DNA of 64,000 nt from Spirochaetia bacterium. GTDB taxonomy: Bacteria; Bacillota; Desulfotomaculia; Desulfotomaculales; JAJYZD01. The stretch lies in the NCBI GenBank assembly GCA_035530395.1, contig DATKUX010000146.1, positions 273 to 64,272 of the forward strand, given 5' to 3'. Shown here piece by piece: positions 28,808-42,683 of the stretch (within the stretch, counting starts at the first letter, position 1; each line of letters begins with the position of its first letter). The translations under genes were made by a program, and so were the position numbers. The notes under the pieces were generated by a model. The model ran no database searches, was not told the origin of the DNA, and was given only the letters and a program-made list of their open reading frames with translations.

Positions 28808-28920
28808 CTCCTAATGACGGATTCGCGACCGGGTTAAATTGACTTAAGATAGAGTACGGCATCCCCCCGACTTACGGCACCGTTCACGGGCGGGTCGGGC
28901 GGAAAAAAAGTGGCGCGACC

Positions 28921-29982
28921 TCAGAGTTTGGCCAGCTCTTTCTTCAGGCGCTCGATCACCGGTACCGGCCCGGGGTCGATGCCGTAGAGAGCCGCCAGGT
29001 AGACGCTGGTGTAATCACCCCGGTAGATGAGGTCGTAGGTACGGGCAAGCCGGCCCTCACCCCTGGCCGTCAATTCAGTTACGTCAACCTGTTCCGCGAT
29101 GATCCGCCGGGTGATGTCCATCCTGAGGCCTACCCGGGGATGGTCGCCCGCATCACGTAAAAGCACGACCGACAGGAGTTTCAGCGCCTCGCCCGGACCG
29201 GTAAAGCCGTTGATCTCGTTATGGTTCAGCTCCGGCAGGATACTCCAGTAGGCCGGGGCCTTGGCGTTTTCGTTGATCTGCCCCTTGAAGCGCAGGGCCA
29301 CCACCTCGGTGGTACCGGCCGTACCCCAAATGACGGGCAGCTTGCCGACCAGGCGCCGGGCCAGTTGTTTGGCCGGATTTGTCTCTTCCGGGACGGCCGG
29401 ACCGATCTCCTCCCGCACCCCGGCCAGGTGGGTGACCAGTTCGGCTACCTCGGCACCCGGGTCGTCCACCAGGCCCAGCCGGTGCAGCACCTTCAGCATG
29501 GGCAGGAAGAGGTAACCGGTGGCCGAACGCGGCGAGATGCCGCCGGGCACGGTGATGACGGGCACGCCGTCCGAGGCGGCCATTTCCTTGAGCCGGCCGC
29601 CGGAGGTGAGGGCCACCACCCGGGCCCCCTTTTCCCGGGCCCCGGCATAGGCGGAAAGGGTCTCCTCGGTATTGCCCGAGTAACTGACACAAAAGACCAG
29701 GCTGTCCTCACCCACAAAGGCGGGCAGGCGGTAGTCGCGGTTGACCAGCACCGGCACGGCCAGGCGGCCGGCGGCCCAGACCCGCAGCAGATCCCCCCCG
29801 ATCGCCGACCCGCCCAACCCCGTGACCACCACGTTGCTCAGGGGACCGGTATCGGGAAACGTCACCCCGTCCGCCAGAGCCCAGGCCCGGGTACACTGCT
29901 CCGGCAGATCCCAAAGCGCGCCCAAGGCGCCGATGGAATCCAGGGCGGTTAAGGCATTCTGATCATCGAGTATGTTGCTCAC
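28921..29982 (-). CDS. Bifunctional phosphoglucose/phosphomannose isomerase (SIS domain)
   Basis: SIS motifs VTGLGGSAIGG and VSYSGNTEETL. GTG 29982 overlaps the upstream stop (GTGA). The ORF-track extension to 30303 was rejected. Confidence 0.8.
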   Translation of the reverse strand: MSNILDDQNALTALDSIGALGALWDLPEQCTRAWALADGVTFPDTGPLSNVVVTGLGGSAIGGDLLRVWAAGRLAVPVLVNRDYRLPAFVGEDSLVFCVSYSGNTEETLSAYAGAREKGARVVALTSGGRLKEMAASDGVPVITVPGGISPRSATGYLFLPMLKVLHRLGLVDDPGAEVAELVTHLAGVREEIGPAVPEETNPAKQLARRLVGKLPVIWGTAGTTEVVALRFKGQINENAKAPAYWSILPELNHNEINGFTGPGEALKLLSVVLLRDAGDHPRVGLRMDITRRIIAEQVDVTELTARGEGRLARTYDLIYRGDYTSVYLAALYGIDPGPVPVIERLKKELAKL

Positions 29983-31973
29983 GTCAAAGCACCCCTCCTG
30001 TATTTTTCTTCCAGGGGCGGTCTCTTCTCCAGCACTTCCTCCACCCAGGCCCGCAGCACCTCGCCCACGCCCCAGGCCTGGGCGAAACAACCCCGGGGAA
30101 CCAGCGGCTCGTCGCCGTCGAAGATTTCGGCGATGTAGCCCACCCCCTGTTCGTCGAGGTGCTGCCTGAAGGGGTCCAGCAAACGGGCCGCCCGGACCCG
30201 GCTGGCGCTTGAGTAGCCGTTGACTTTCCGGTAAGCGGTCACAAAGGGTCCGATGAGCCAGCTCCAGACCGTTCCCTGGTGGTAAGCGCTGTCGCGCGCA
30301 CACTGATCACCCTGGTAGCGGCCCTTGAAGCGGGAATCATCCGGGGCCAGGCTGCGCAGCCCGTAGGAAGTGTAAAGGCTGCGCCAGACCCGGCCCACCA
30401 TCCGGCGGGCCGCTTCCCCTTCCGCCACGGCAAACGGCAGGCTGACCGCCAGGATCTGGTTAGGTCGTAAAGACGCGTCCGGCCCGTCCTTGCCCAGGCA
30501 GTCGTAGAAATAACCGTCGTTCCAGAAGAGCCGCTGAAAATTCTCGCGCACTCGTTCGGCCAGTTCCCCCGCACCGGAATCTTCGCCACGGAGAGCGGCC
30601 AAACCTTCCAGAACTTTCAAAGCGTTGTACCAAAGAGCCTGAATTTCCACCGGCTTGCCGCGGCGGGGCGTCACCACCCAGTCCCCTACCTTGGCGTCCA
30701 TCCAGGTCAGTTGGACCCCCGTCTGGCCGGCCCGGATCAGCCCGTCGTCATCCATGCCGATGCCGAAGGAGGTGCCGTCCCGGTAATGGTGAAAGATGTC
30801 CTGCAGCACCGGATAGATCTCTTCCCGCACGAAGGCCAGGTCACCGGTATAGGCCAGGTAGCGGTCCACGGCGTAAAAGTACCAGAGGGAGGCGTCCACC
30901 GTGTTGTACAGCGGCGTCTCGGCGCCGGCGCCGAAGGCGTTGGGGATCAGGCCGTCCTTACAGTAGCGGGCAAAGGTACCCAGGATCTCCCGCGCCGCCT
31001 CGTAGCGTCCGGTCACCAGGGTCAGACCGGGCAGGGCGATCATGGCGTCGCGCCCCCAGTCGGTGAACCAGGGGTAGCCGGCCACCACCGTACTGGCGGA
31101 GGTGGAGCGCCGGGTGACCACAAAGGCGTCGGCCGCCTTCACCAGCCGGGTGGCCAGGGTACCGGAAAGCCCCGAGCGCCGCACCAGGCCGGCTTGCCGG
31201 TCCTGTTCCGCCGGCCACACGCCGGCCGGGTCGGGACAGGGCCCGTTTTCCACGGTCGCCACGAAGTGAAAGACGGTTTCTTCGCCGGCCGGGCATTCCA
31301 CCCGGAACTGGCCCGGCCGGAAATGGTCCTCCCGGGCGTCCTCCCCCCGCTCGCGTTCCACCGCGTAGCTGAGGCCGTAATACCAGTCGGCGCCTGGTAG
31401 AAACTCCCCCCTCGTAACGGAAAGGGAAAGCGGCGGCACCGGCAGGCGTCCCCTGACCTGTACTCCCCCGGGCACCCTTGTTACCGCAAAGTCCACCTGG
31501 CCCCGCCGGGTCAGGTCGTGGTAACCGCGACAGTTCACCATGGGCTTCAGGTAGAGGGTGGCGGCAGCCCCGGCGCAAAACACCCGGTAGGAAACGACGG
31601 TGGTGTTTTGCCCCCGTACCATGGCGATGCGCTTCTCCAGTCGAACGTCCGCCATACTGTAGACGAAGACGGGCAAGGGGTCCACACCCACTGACTGCAG
31701 GTGTTTGAAACCGTCCTCCCACAGGCGGCCGTCCACCTCGTTGGCGGCCAGGTTGTAGCCGGTGCCGTCCGACTCCAGGTACTCGTCCAGCTTGGCCAAA
31801 AGCAGCCAGCGTTCCCCGGGCGGGTTCAGGGCGGCCAAAAGCAGGCCGTGATATTTACGGGTATTGGCCAGCGCCAGGGTACCGGCGGCAAAGCCGCCGA
31901 TGCCGTTGGTCACCAGCCATTCGCGGCTGGTAGCGCGTTCGAAGGTGGCCAAATCGCCCTTACCGAAAAACAC
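29979..31973 (-). CDS. Glycogen debranching enzyme (amylo-alpha-1,6-glucosidase, GDE_C family)
   Basis: GYPWFTDWGRDAMIALPGL and (alpha/alpha)6 barrel motifs. GTG 31973 has a GGGGGA RBS just after the glk stop. The ORF-track extension to 32417 overlaps glk and was rejected. Confidence 0.82.
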   Translation of the reverse strand: MFFGKGDLATFERATSREWLVTNGIGGFAAGTLALANTRKYHGLLLAALNPPGERWLLLAKLDEYLESDGTGYNLAANEVDGRLWEDGFKHLQSVGVDPLPVFVYSMADVRLEKRIAMVRGQNTTVVSYRVFCAGAAATLYLKPMVNCRGYHDLTRRGQVDFAVTRVPGGVQVRGRLPVPPLSLSVTRGEFLPGADWYYGLSYAVERERGEDAREDHFRPGQFRVECPAGEETVFHFVATVENGPCPDPAGVWPAEQDRQAGLVRRSGLSGTLATRLVKAADAFVVTRRSTSASTVVAGYPWFTDWGRDAMIALPGLTLVTGRYEAAREILGTFARYCKDGLIPNAFGAGAETPLYNTVDASLWYFYAVDRYLAYTGDLAFVREEIYPVLQDIFHHYRDGTSFGIGMDDDGLIRAGQTGVQLTWMDAKVGDWVVTPRRGKPVEIQALWYNALKVLEGLAALRGEDSGAGELAERVRENFQRLFWNDGYFYDCLGKDGPDASLRPNQILAVSLPFAVAEGEAARRMVGRVWRSLYTSYGLRSLAPDDSRFKGRYQGDQCARDSAYHQGTVWSWLIGPFVTAYRKVNGYSSASRVRAARLLDPFRQHLDEQGVGYIAEIFDGDEPLVPRGCFAQAWGVGEVLRAWVEEVLEKRPPLEEKYRRGALT

Positions 31974-31984
31974 CGCTTTTCCCC

Positions 31985-32920
31985 CTATCCTTGCGTACCA
32001 AAGGCCAGGGCTACCGCGCCGACGACGCCGGAGTCTCCCCCCAGCCGGGCCGGCACCAGGCTGACCCGCTCCCAGGCCGGACCATAAGCGTGCCGCGCCG
32101 CCTCCTCCCGGGCCGTGGCCAAAAAAGCCGGCCCGCTGGCCATTACGCCGCCGCCCACGACTACCACCCGGGGGTTGAGCAGCGTGATGACGCCGGCCAG
32201 TCCCCGCCCCAGATTGACAGCCGCGGCCCGCAGGATGGCGGCGGCCGCAGCGTCGCCCTGCCGGGCGGTCTCGGCCACAGTCTGCGCGGTGATGGCCCCG
32301 GGCTCCAGCCGGCGCAAGCCAGAGCCGCCGCCCCGGGCCACCAGTTCCCGGGCCTCCCGGGCAATGGCCGTACCGGAAGCCAGGGCTTCCAGACAGCCCC
32401 GCCGTCCGCAGCTGCACAGCGGTCCGTCCCGGTCCAGGATCATGTGGCCGATCTCCCCCGCGCCGCCCGCGCTACCGTGGTAGATGCGGCCGTCCAGGAT
32501 CAGGCCTCCGCCGATGCCGGTGGACACGGTGACGTAGACCAGGTGGCTTTCGTTTTGCCCGGCCCCCCGGACGCACTCGCCCAGAGCGGCCAGGTTGGCG
32601 TCGTTGTCCACGAAGACCGGCACGCCCAGGCGCTCCCGCAACATCTCTCCCAGGGGCACGTTGCGCCACCCAAGGTTGGGCGAATGATACACCAGGCCGG
32701 TGGTATGGTCCAGCGGCCCCGGCGATCCCACGCCCACAGCCGCCAGGGGAACCCCGGCGGCCACTTGCCGGACGCTATCCACCAGGCGGCCGATGACCGC
32801 TGCGGGGCCGTCCGCGGCCTTTGTCGCCACCTTGATTCTGGCCAGTATGTTGCCGCCGGTATCAGCCAGGGCGGTCAGGATCTTGGTGCCCCCCAGGTCT
32901 ACCCCCGCCACATAATCCAC
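31985..32920 (-). CDS. glk: ROK family glucokinase
   Basis: GVDLGGTK ATP motif and the ROK zinc motif CSCGRRGCLEA. Confidence 0.9.
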   Translation of the reverse strand: MDYVAGVDLGGTKILTALADTGGNILARIKVATKAADGPAAVIGRLVDSVRQVAAGVPLAAVGVGSPGPLDHTTGLVYHSPNLGWRNVPLGEMLRERLGVPVFVDNDANLAALGECVRGAGQNESHLVYVTVSTGIGGGLILDGRIYHGSAGGAGEIGHMILDRDGPLCSCGRRGCLEALASGTAIAREARELVARGGGSGLRRLEPGAITAQTVAETARQGDAAAAAILRAAAVNLGRGLAGVITLLNPRVVVVGGGVMASGPAFLATAREEAARHAYGPAWERVSLVPARLGGDSGVVGAVALAFGTQG

Positions 32921-32922
32921 CG

Positions 32923-33735
32923 TTACACCCCGCTCCCGAGAACGAAGCGCTCTACGGCCAAAGCCACGCCGTCGCAGTCGTTGGCAGCGGTCACGTAATC
33001 CGCGTGCGCCTTGATCTCCGGACGGGCGTTGCCCATCACCACGCCGATGCCGGCGTACTCCACCATATCCAGGTCGTTGTAACTGTCACCCACCGCCATG
33101 ACCTCCTCCCGCCGGATGCCGAAAAGGCCGGCCACTTTGGCCAGGGCCTGCCCCTTGCTGGCCTCCCGGTGGGAAAACTCCAGGAAATGCGGTTTGGATT
33201 TGGTTATGTTCAAACGGTCCCCCACTACCGGCATCAGCTCGCGAGCCAACGCATCAAGCTGCTCCTCATCGGCGATCACCAGCACCTTGGTTGGATCCTG
33301 GGACAGGAAGTTCAAAAGGTCGCCCACGGCCTCCACATTCACCCCCGACAGGGCGGCGTACCGCCGGACCTCTTCGGTCAGGGAAGCGACGTAAAGGGAG
33401 TCGTCCAGGTAAACATTGATGTGGTAGCCCAAAGGCACTACCCGGGCGATCACCTCCCGCGCCAATTCCAGCTGCAGGGGAAGGTGTTGGATCACTTCCC
33501 CTGCCGGCCATTTGACCAGGGCCCCCTGGTAGGCTATGACCGGATCGACCAGGCCTAACTCCGTGGCCTTTGCTTGCGCGGAACGGAACATGCGGCCGGT
33601 AGCCAAAACCACCCGCACCCCGCTGGTACGGGAGCGTTCCAGCGCCTCCCGGTTGCGCGGGGAGATGGTCAGGTCGGACCCCAGCAGGCTGTCATCCAAA
33701 TCTACCGCCAAAAGTCTTATCTTATTCGTTGCCAA
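32923..33735 (-). CDS. Cof-type HAD-IIB phosphatase
   Basis: LLAVDLDDSLL (DxD) and GDSYNDLDM motifs. TTG 33735 is the likely start. The ORF-track extension to 33855 overlaps uvrC. Confidence 0.8.
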   Translation of the reverse strand: MATNKIRLLAVDLDDSLLGSDLTISPRNREALERSRTSGVRVVLATGRMFRSAQAKATELGLVDPVIAYQGALVKWPAGEVIQHLPLQLELAREVIARVVPLGYHINVYLDDSLYVASLTEEVRRYAALSGVNVEAVGDLLNFLSQDPTKVLVIADEEQLDALARELMPVVGDRLNITKSKPHFLEFSHREASKGQALAKVAGLFGIRREEVMAVGDSYNDLDMVEYAGIGVVMGNARPEIKAHADYVTAANDCDGVALAVERFVLGSGV

Positions 33736-33776
33736 GGAACCCCCCACCCCTATAACTTGCCGCCGGCGCGGTAATC

Positions 33777-35585
33777 TTACTCGGCGGGTCCGCCCGCCCG
33801 GAAAAAGCGGTAAACCTGCCCGGCCACCGCGCGGTTCATACCCGGTACGCGGCACAGGTCCTCCAGGCCGGCCTCCCGGATGGCCTGCAGGGAGTCGAAC
33901 GCCTGGAGCAGAGCCCGGCGGCGGACGGGTCCCACCCCGTCTATCTCCTCCAGCACCGACTGCAGGCTCTTTTGGCGCCTGGCCCGGTGATAGGTTATCG
34001 CAAAGCGGTGGGCCTCGTCGCGCACCCGCTGGAGCAGGTGCAGGGCCGGGGCATCCCGCGAAAGAAGCACCTCGGTCCCACCGGCCAGAATGATCGTTTC
34101 CTCCCGCTTGGCCAGGCCTACGGCGGGTATGGCCACACCGGCATTCCCCAGAACCTTCTCCACGGCACTCAACTGACCCCGCCCGCCGTCGACCAGGATC
34201 AGGTCCGGTAAGGGCAGAAAGGCTTGGTCTCCGGCCAGCCCCCTGGCCAGACGCCTCTCCATCACTTGCGCCAGCGCCGCGTAATCGTCCGGCCCGGCCC
34301 CCACCTTGAAGCGCCGGTAGAGGGACGGGTCGGGCCGGCCCCCGGTCGCCACCACCATGACGCCCACCTGTTCTGTGCCGGAAGTATGGGAAATGTCGTA
34401 ACCCTCCACACGCTCCGGCGGGCCGGACAGCGAGACCAGTGCGGCCAGTTCCGCCAATTCCGTTTGTTCCCGCTGCCGCTGCCCGCTCCTTTTCTCCTCC
34501 GCCAGGGCCAGGGCGGCGTTTTTTCCGGCCAGAGTCAGCAGGTCCTTCTTTTCCCCGCGACGCGGCACGGTGATGATCACCCGGTGCCGCGCGGACTCAG
34601 TCAGCCACTTGACCAGGGCCGGTATTTCTTCCTTGAGCACGGCGCCGACCACCAATTGCGGCGGTACGACAGCGGCGTTAAGATAAAACTGCTTTAAAAA
34701 AGCCGTCACTATTTCGGCGTCAGACATCTCCCCGGGCGGTTCCAGGGGGAAGTGGTCATGCCCGACCACCCTTCCTTCCCGGACGTAAAAGACCGTCACC
34801 ACGGCCAGGGTGCCTTTCTGCACGAGGGCCAGAACATCCAGGTCGTCTCCTTGCAGCCGGGAAACCTTTTGTTTCTCCAGCACCTCACCGATGGCCCTGA
34901 TCTGGTCCCGCAGGAGAGCCGCCTGTTCGAACGCCAGGTTTTGGACCGCCTCTTCCATCCGTCCGGTCAGCCGCGCCACAACCTTCTCCTGCTTGCCCTC
35001 CAGGAACTGGCAGACGTCCTCCACCAGGTTAAGGTATTCACCGCGGTCCACCCCGCCGGTACACGGGCCCAGGCAGCGTTTGATGTGATAGTTCAGGCAG
35101 GGACGGGCTTTCGCTTTTAAGACCGCTTGGCGGCAGGTCCGCAAGGGGAAAAGACGTTTCAGCAGGTTTAAGGTTTCGTGCACCGCTCCCGTATGGGTAT
35201 AGGGCCCGAAATACCGGGATCCGTCCTTGGCCAGGCGCCGGGTCAGGAAGACCCGCGGGTATTCCTCCGCCAGGGTCACCTTGAGGTAGGGGTAGCTTTT
35301 GTCGTCCTTTAAATTGACGTTGTACTTGGGCCGGTGCTCCTTGATCAGGTTGGACTCCAGGACCAGGGCTTCGACCTCGGAATCGGTGACGATGTATTCC
35401 AGGTCCCGGATGCGCTCCACCAGGGACCCAATGCGCGGCCCGTGGTCGCGCTTGATAAAGTACTGGCGGACCCGGTTCTTGAGGGAACGGGCCTTGCCCA
35501 CATAGACCGTGCGGCCGGTTTCGTCCTTGAAGAGGTAGACGCCCGGCGTAGCGGGCAGATTACGCAGTTTTTCGCGCAGGTCCAT
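33777..35585 (-). CDS. uvrC: Excinuclease ABC subunit C
   Basis: GIY-YIG N-terminus (PGVYLFKDETGRTVYVGKA), UVR domain and C-terminal HhH. Confidence 0.95.
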   Translation of the reverse strand: MDLREKLRNLPATPGVYLFKDETGRTVYVGKARSLKNRVRQYFIKRDHGPRIGSLVERIRDLEYIVTDSEVEALVLESNLIKEHRPKYNVNLKDDKSYPYLKVTLAEEYPRVFLTRRLAKDGSRYFGPYTHTGAVHETLNLLKRLFPLRTCRQAVLKAKARPCLNYHIKRCLGPCTGGVDRGEYLNLVEDVCQFLEGKQEKVVARLTGRMEEAVQNLAFEQAALLRDQIRAIGEVLEKQKVSRLQGDDLDVLALVQKGTLAVVTVFYVREGRVVGHDHFPLEPPGEMSDAEIVTAFLKQFYLNAAVVPPQLVVGAVLKEEIPALVKWLTESARHRVIITVPRRGEKKDLLTLAGKNAALALAEEKRSGQRQREQTELAELAALVSLSGPPERVEGYDISHTSGTEQVGVMVVATGGRPDPSLYRRFKVGAGPDDYAALAQVMERRLARGLAGDQAFLPLPDLILVDGGRGQLSAVEKVLGNAGVAIPAVGLAKREETIILAGGTEVLLSRDAPALHLLQRVRDEAHRFAITYHRARRQKSLQSVLEEIDGVGPVRRRALLQAFDSLQAIREAGLEDLCRVPGMNRAVAGQVYRFFRAGGPAE

Positions 35586-35595
35586 GTTCAGTCAC

Positions 35596-38436
<2,841 letters not shown>

Positions 38437-38496
38437 ACACTTTGCTCCTGCAGACCTCCGACTTCAGTCGGAGGTAGTTGAAGATTTTACCTCGTC

Positions 38497-38524
38497 CCCA
38501 AAACCCCCGTTTTAAAACGGGGGT
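38497..38524 (-). terminator. Hairpin + U-tract between uvrB and uvrA (possible attenuating terminator)
   Basis: Minus strand ACCCCCGTTTTAAAACGGGGG followed by TTTTGGGG. A second 9-bp hairpin, ACCTCCGAC-TGAA-GTCGGAGGT, lies at 38454-38475. Confidence 0.45.
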
Positions 38525-38532
38525 ACGATCCC

Positions 38533-40542
38533 TTACGAACAGGTATCCCAAACGTCCTCTTCCACCGGGGCCTGCCGGCCCTTTTGGGCCAGCTTAAGCT
38601 CAATGATCATGTCCCGGTAACGGGCCGCATCTTCGAAGGCCAGTTCCCTGGCCGCTTTTTTCATCTTCTCCTCCAGGTCGGCGATGATCTTGCGCGCCTC
38701 CCGGGCCGGCAGCTGTTTGCCCCCCCGGCCGGCCCTTGTTTTGGGCAGGGCCGTGGTGGCCTCAATGATCTCCCGGATCTCTTTTTGCACCGTCACGGGG
38801 GTGATGCCGTGCCGGCGGTTAAAGGCCACCTGCAGGATGCGCCGCCTTTCGGTCTCCTTCATGGCCCGGTCCATGGACCCGGTTACCTGGTCGGCGTAAA
38901 GGATGACCCGCCCGTGGACGTTGCGGGAAGCCCGGCCGATGGTCTGGATCAGGGACCGCTCGGAGCGCAGGAAGCCCTCCTTGTCCGCGTCCAGGATGGC
39001 CACCAGGCTGACCTCGGGCAGGTCCAGGCCTTCCCGCAGGAGGTTTATGCCCACCAGCACGTCGAAGGCGCCCAAGCGGAGGTCCCGGATGATCGCCAGC
39101 CGCTCCAGGGTGTGAATATCCGAGTGCAGGTAGCGCACCCGCACCCCCACCTCGGCCAGGTACCCGGTCAGGTCCTCGGCCATGCGCTTGGTCAGGGTGG
39201 TGACCAGGACCCGCTCCCCGCGGCTCACGGTGAGCCTGATCTCGCCGAGGAGATCGTCGACCTGGCCGCGGGTGGGGCGTACCATCAGATCGGGGTCCAC
39301 CAGGCCGGTGGGACGGATGATCTGTTCCGCTACCCGCCCGGCTATCTCCAGTTCAAAGGGTCCGGGGGTGGCGGAGACGTAAATGACCTGGCCGACGGCC
39401 CCCATGAATTCGTCAAAGGTCAAGGGGCGGTTGTCATAGGCCGACGGCAGGCGGAAGCCGTGTTCAATCAGGGTCTTTTTCCGCGAGCGGTCACCCTCGT
39501 ACATACCCCGGACCTGGGGCACGGATTGGTGGGATTCATCGATAAAGAGCAGGAAATCCGGCGGAAAATAGTCCAGCAGGGTATAAGGCGGCTGGCCCGG
39601 GGCCCGCCCGGTCAGGTGCCGGGAATAGTTTTCGATGCCCTGGCAAAAGCCTATTTCCCGCATCATCTCCACGTCGTTTAAGGTTCTGGTCTCGAGGCGC
39701 TGGGCCTCCAGGAGCTTCCCTTCCCCCCTCAGCCAATCCAGTCTTTCGACCAGTTCCGCCTCAATAGAGACGATGGCGCTTAACATGCGGGCCTGGGAAG
39801 TGGCGTAGTGGCTGGCCGGAAAGATGGAGACGTGGGTGCGCCGGCCGATGATTTCCCCGGTCAGGCTGTCCACCTCCAGGAGGCGCTCCACGTGATCGTC
39901 CGACAGTTCCACCCGGATCAGCCGTTCGGCCGCCCCGGCCGGAAAGATTTCCACCACCTCGCCGCGGGCGCGAAAATTCCCCCGGGCCAGGCTTACCTCG
40001 TTGCGGGTGTACTGGATATCCACCAGGCGCCGCAGAAGCTGTTGCCGCTCCAGGGGAGCCCCCTCGCGCAGGGAAACCACCAGGTCCCGGTATTCGCCCG
40101 GGTCGCCCAGGCCGTAAATGCAGGATACCGAGGCCACGATAATCACGTCCCGCCGTTCGATCAGGGAGCAGGTGGCCGAGTGGCGGAGCTTGTCTATCTC
40201 ATCGTTGATGGAGGAGTCCTTCTCGATATAAGTGTCGGTCTGCGGGATATAAGCCTCGGGCTGGTAATAGTCGTAGTAGCTGACGAAGTATTCGACTGCG
40301 TGCCGCGGAAAAAAAGATTTAAACTCGCTGCAAAGCTGGGCAGCCAGCGTCTTGTTCGGAGCCAGCACCAGCGCCGGACGGCCCAACCGCTCAATGACCC
40401 TGGCCATGGTATAGGTTTTGCCGCTGCCGGTAACCCCCAGCAGCACCTGGTGCCGGAGGCCGGCCTCCAGTCCCTCCGCCAGCGATGCGATGGCTCCGGG
40501 CTGGTCGCCGCACGGTTCCAGGGGCGTTTCCATACGAAACAC
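38533..40542 (-). CDS. uvrB: Excinuclease ABC subunit B
   Basis: Helicase motif I GVTGSGKT, a beta-hairpin region and a C-terminal UVR domain. Confidence 0.97.
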   Translation of the reverse strand: MFRMETPLEPCGDQPGAIASLAEGLEAGLRHQVLLGVTGSGKTYTMARVIERLGRPALVLAPNKTLAAQLCSEFKSFFPRHAVEYFVSYYDYYQPEAYIPQTDTYIEKDSSINDEIDKLRHSATCSLIERRDVIIVASVSCIYGLGDPGEYRDLVVSLREGAPLERQQLLRRLVDIQYTRNEVSLARGNFRARGEVVEIFPAGAAERLIRVELSDDHVERLLEVDSLTGEIIGRRTHVSIFPASHYATSQARMLSAIVSIEAELVERLDWLRGEGKLLEAQRLETRTLNDVEMMREIGFCQGIENYSRHLTGRAPGQPPYTLLDYFPPDFLLFIDESHQSVPQVRGMYEGDRSRKKTLIEHGFRLPSAYDNRPLTFDEFMGAVGQVIYVSATPGPFELEIAGRVAEQIIRPTGLVDPDLMVRPTRGQVDDLLGEIRLTVSRGERVLVTTLTKRMAEDLTGYLAEVGVRVRYLHSDIHTLERLAIIRDLRLGAFDVLVGINLLREGLDLPEVSLVAILDADKEGFLRSERSLIQTIGRASRNVHGRVILYADQVTGSMDRAMKETERRRILQVAFNRRHGITPVTVQKEIREIIEATTALPKTRAGRGGKQLPAREARKIIADLEEKMKKAARELAFEDAARYRDMIIELKLAQKGRQAPVEEDVWDTCS

Positions 40543-40889
40543 TGTTTTTATCCCCCCGAGGGTATTATAGCACAGATGGGGAAATTAGCCCACCAAGGGG
40601 CATCCTTTCCCCACGCCCACTGCCCCCGAATATTGGTTTTGGCATTATTGTGAAAATGAAAGGATTTTAAGTAATAATGTCGAAACGAACGATAAATATC
40701 TTTGAGCTTGAGATGACGGCCAAGCGCAGAGGTTTCCCGGGCCGGCACCGTTCGACGGCAAGCCCGAAAAACAGTACCCCGGTACCAGGCGAATAGGCCT
40801 CCGGTGTCAGGAGATTCCTGCACTGACATGGTAGGATGTAGCAAAGGATGCATTTATAGCCCTGTAGGTGGCTGGAAAGGACGTTTTCT

Positions 40890-41474
40890 ATGCTGCTGGC
40901 GACGGATGCAGGGGAACCGGGGTGCCCTGAGGACTCCAACCTTCCTATCCAGGTCATTTTGGTGCGCATGAAGGCTTGGGACGAGACCCTTTACAAACAT
41001 GCCAGACTGACGGCCCGGCTGGCCGTCAGTGCCGGTGAAATACTGGAGCTCTCCCGGGAGGAACGCTTCTACCTGATCACCGGCGCCCTTTTACACGACA
41101 CCGGCAAAATCCTCTGGCCGCCGGAGATGTCCTACAAATCCCGGCTGACTCCGGCCGACCTGGTCCTGGTGCGCACCCACCCCGAGAGCGGCTACCGCCA
41201 CGTGCAGGCCCATTGGCCCCAGGTGCCCGCCGAAACCCTGACCATTATCCGCCAGCACCACGAACGCGCCGACGGTTCCGGCTACCCGGCCGGCCTTTCG
41301 GGGCACCAGATCCACCCGCTGGCCAAAATTGTGGCGGCGCTGGAAGCTTACGCAGCCATGACCGAGGCCCGGACCTACCGGAACTACCGCTTCAACCACT
41401 TTGATGCCATGAGCGAACTGCTGCTGAGCGGTCATCCCGAGCGTCTGGTCAACCTCATCCACCACCTGGCCTGA
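40890..41474 (+). CDS. HD-GYP domain protein (putative c-di-GMP phosphodiesterase)
   Basis: LLHDTGK and HHERADGSGYP signatures. ATG 40968 is a likely alternative start. Confidence 0.8.
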   Translation: MLLATDAGEPGCPEDSNLPIQVILVRMKAWDETLYKHARLTARLAVSAGEILELSREERFYLITGALLHDTGKILWPPEMSYKSRLTPADLVLVRTHPESGYRHVQAHWPQVPAETLTIIRQHHERADGSGYPAGLSGHQIHPLAKIVAALEAYAAMTEARTYRNYRFNHFDAMSELLLSGHPERLVNLIHHLA

Positions 41475-41495
41475 GCGGTTATAAAAGCCCCGCAA

Positions 41496-42683
41496 TCAGC
41501 TGCTGGTTCCCCCCCCGGTCTGGCTTCCGCCCGCCTCGCTGCTTTCAATCTTTTTCAGCTTGCCCTGGTACTGAACCTCGATGGTCTTGCCCTCCTCCGT
41601 GGTTATACGGAGGGTATTCGCCTTGGTCTGGGAACTCCCTGATTGTCCGCTACTGCCCCCCGATTGTCCGCCCCCCGGGGGATCGCCCTGCTGCCCTCCG
41701 CCCTGGCTGCCCCCGCTCCCTCCCGCCTGTCCCTGCCCGGACCATGTCTTATCCAGCAGGTAGAAGTTTTGCCGCGTAATCAGGCGTACCGGTACGATCT
41801 GGGCCGGCACGCTGTAGCTCCCGTTGGCCACCAGTTGATGGTGGGCGACCGGCTGGCCCTTGGCCAGGCTCAGGGCCGCCTGCAGCGCCAGCGTGCCCTC
41901 CTGTTCGGGCCGGGTATCCACCTCGCCGCTGAGCTTGCCCTCGCTGACATACCGGAAGGCATCCTTGGAATTGCCGATGCCGGCGGCAAAGGCCGGCGGC
42001 GCCCCCACAGCGGTCAGATCCCGCACCGCCGCCACGGCCAGGGCGGCATCCCCGGCCAGCACCACCGCTGGACGGTCTCCCGTCTTCAAGACGGGAGCTT
42101 TGCTGCTTGTAGCGGCCAGGACGTCGGTCCGGGCGTATTGGCGCACTTCCGCCAGCAGGCCGGCCGCGCTGACCTGGGCGGTCCACAGATCGGGCTGATC
42201 CAGCCCGGCCACCGTGAGGATCAGGGATGCCCCCTTGCTCACCGCGGCCGCCGCCTTGGTCAGCAAGGTCCGGGCCCCGCTCCGGTCGAAGCTGACGTAG
42301 CTGTCCACCGGCGTATCGGCAGGAAGGACATTTAGAGCTACCACCTTGATCTTGCTGCGGGCCAGCCGTTCCACCAGGTCACGCGCCGCAACCGGATCCA
42401 CGGCTTCCAGCACCACGGCGCTTACCTTTTCCCCGATCATTTGCTCCACGTCCTGCTCCTGCTTAAGGGGATCCCCCTTAGAGTCGGCAAAGACGAGGTC
42501 GGCTTTTTCCTTGTCTTTCTGGCTTTCCATCGTTTGCTTGATCGCCTGGTCCTGATCCGGATCCAGTCCGGCCAGACTGACGCCCACGCGCGGCGGCGGC
42601 GGCGAGGGCTTGGGCGGCTGTTTTTTATCCGGGCAACCGGTCAGGAGAAACGGACAAATAAGGAGGAGAAGCAGCCCGGCCAT
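41496..42683 (-). CDS. Lipoprotein, periplasmic-binding-protein (sugar-binding PBP1-like) with G/S/Q-rich C-terminal tail
   Basis: Lipobox LLTGC after a signal peptide. PBP-like core. The C-terminal region is low complexity (GGSGGSQGGGQQG...). The start is taken at ATG 42683. Confidence 0.65.
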   Translation of the reverse strand: MAGLLLLLICPFLLTGCPDKKQPPKPSPPPPRVGVSLAGLDPDQDQAIKQTMESQKDKEKADLVFADSKGDPLKQEQDVEQMIGEKVSAVVLEAVDPVAARDLVERLARSKIKVVALNVLPADTPVDSYVSFDRSGARTLLTKAAAAVSKGASLILTVAGLDQPDLWTAQVSAAGLLAEVRQYARTDVLAATSSKAPVLKTGDRPAVVLAGDAALAVAAVRDLTAVGAPPAFAAGIGNSKDAFRYVSEGKLSGEVDTRPEQEGTLALQAALSLAKGQPVAHHQLVANGSYSVPAQIVPVRLITRQNFYLLDKTWSGQGQAGGSGGSQGGGQQGDPPGGGQSGGSSGQSGSSQTKANTLRITTEEGKTIEVQYQGKLKKIESSEAGGSQTGGGTSS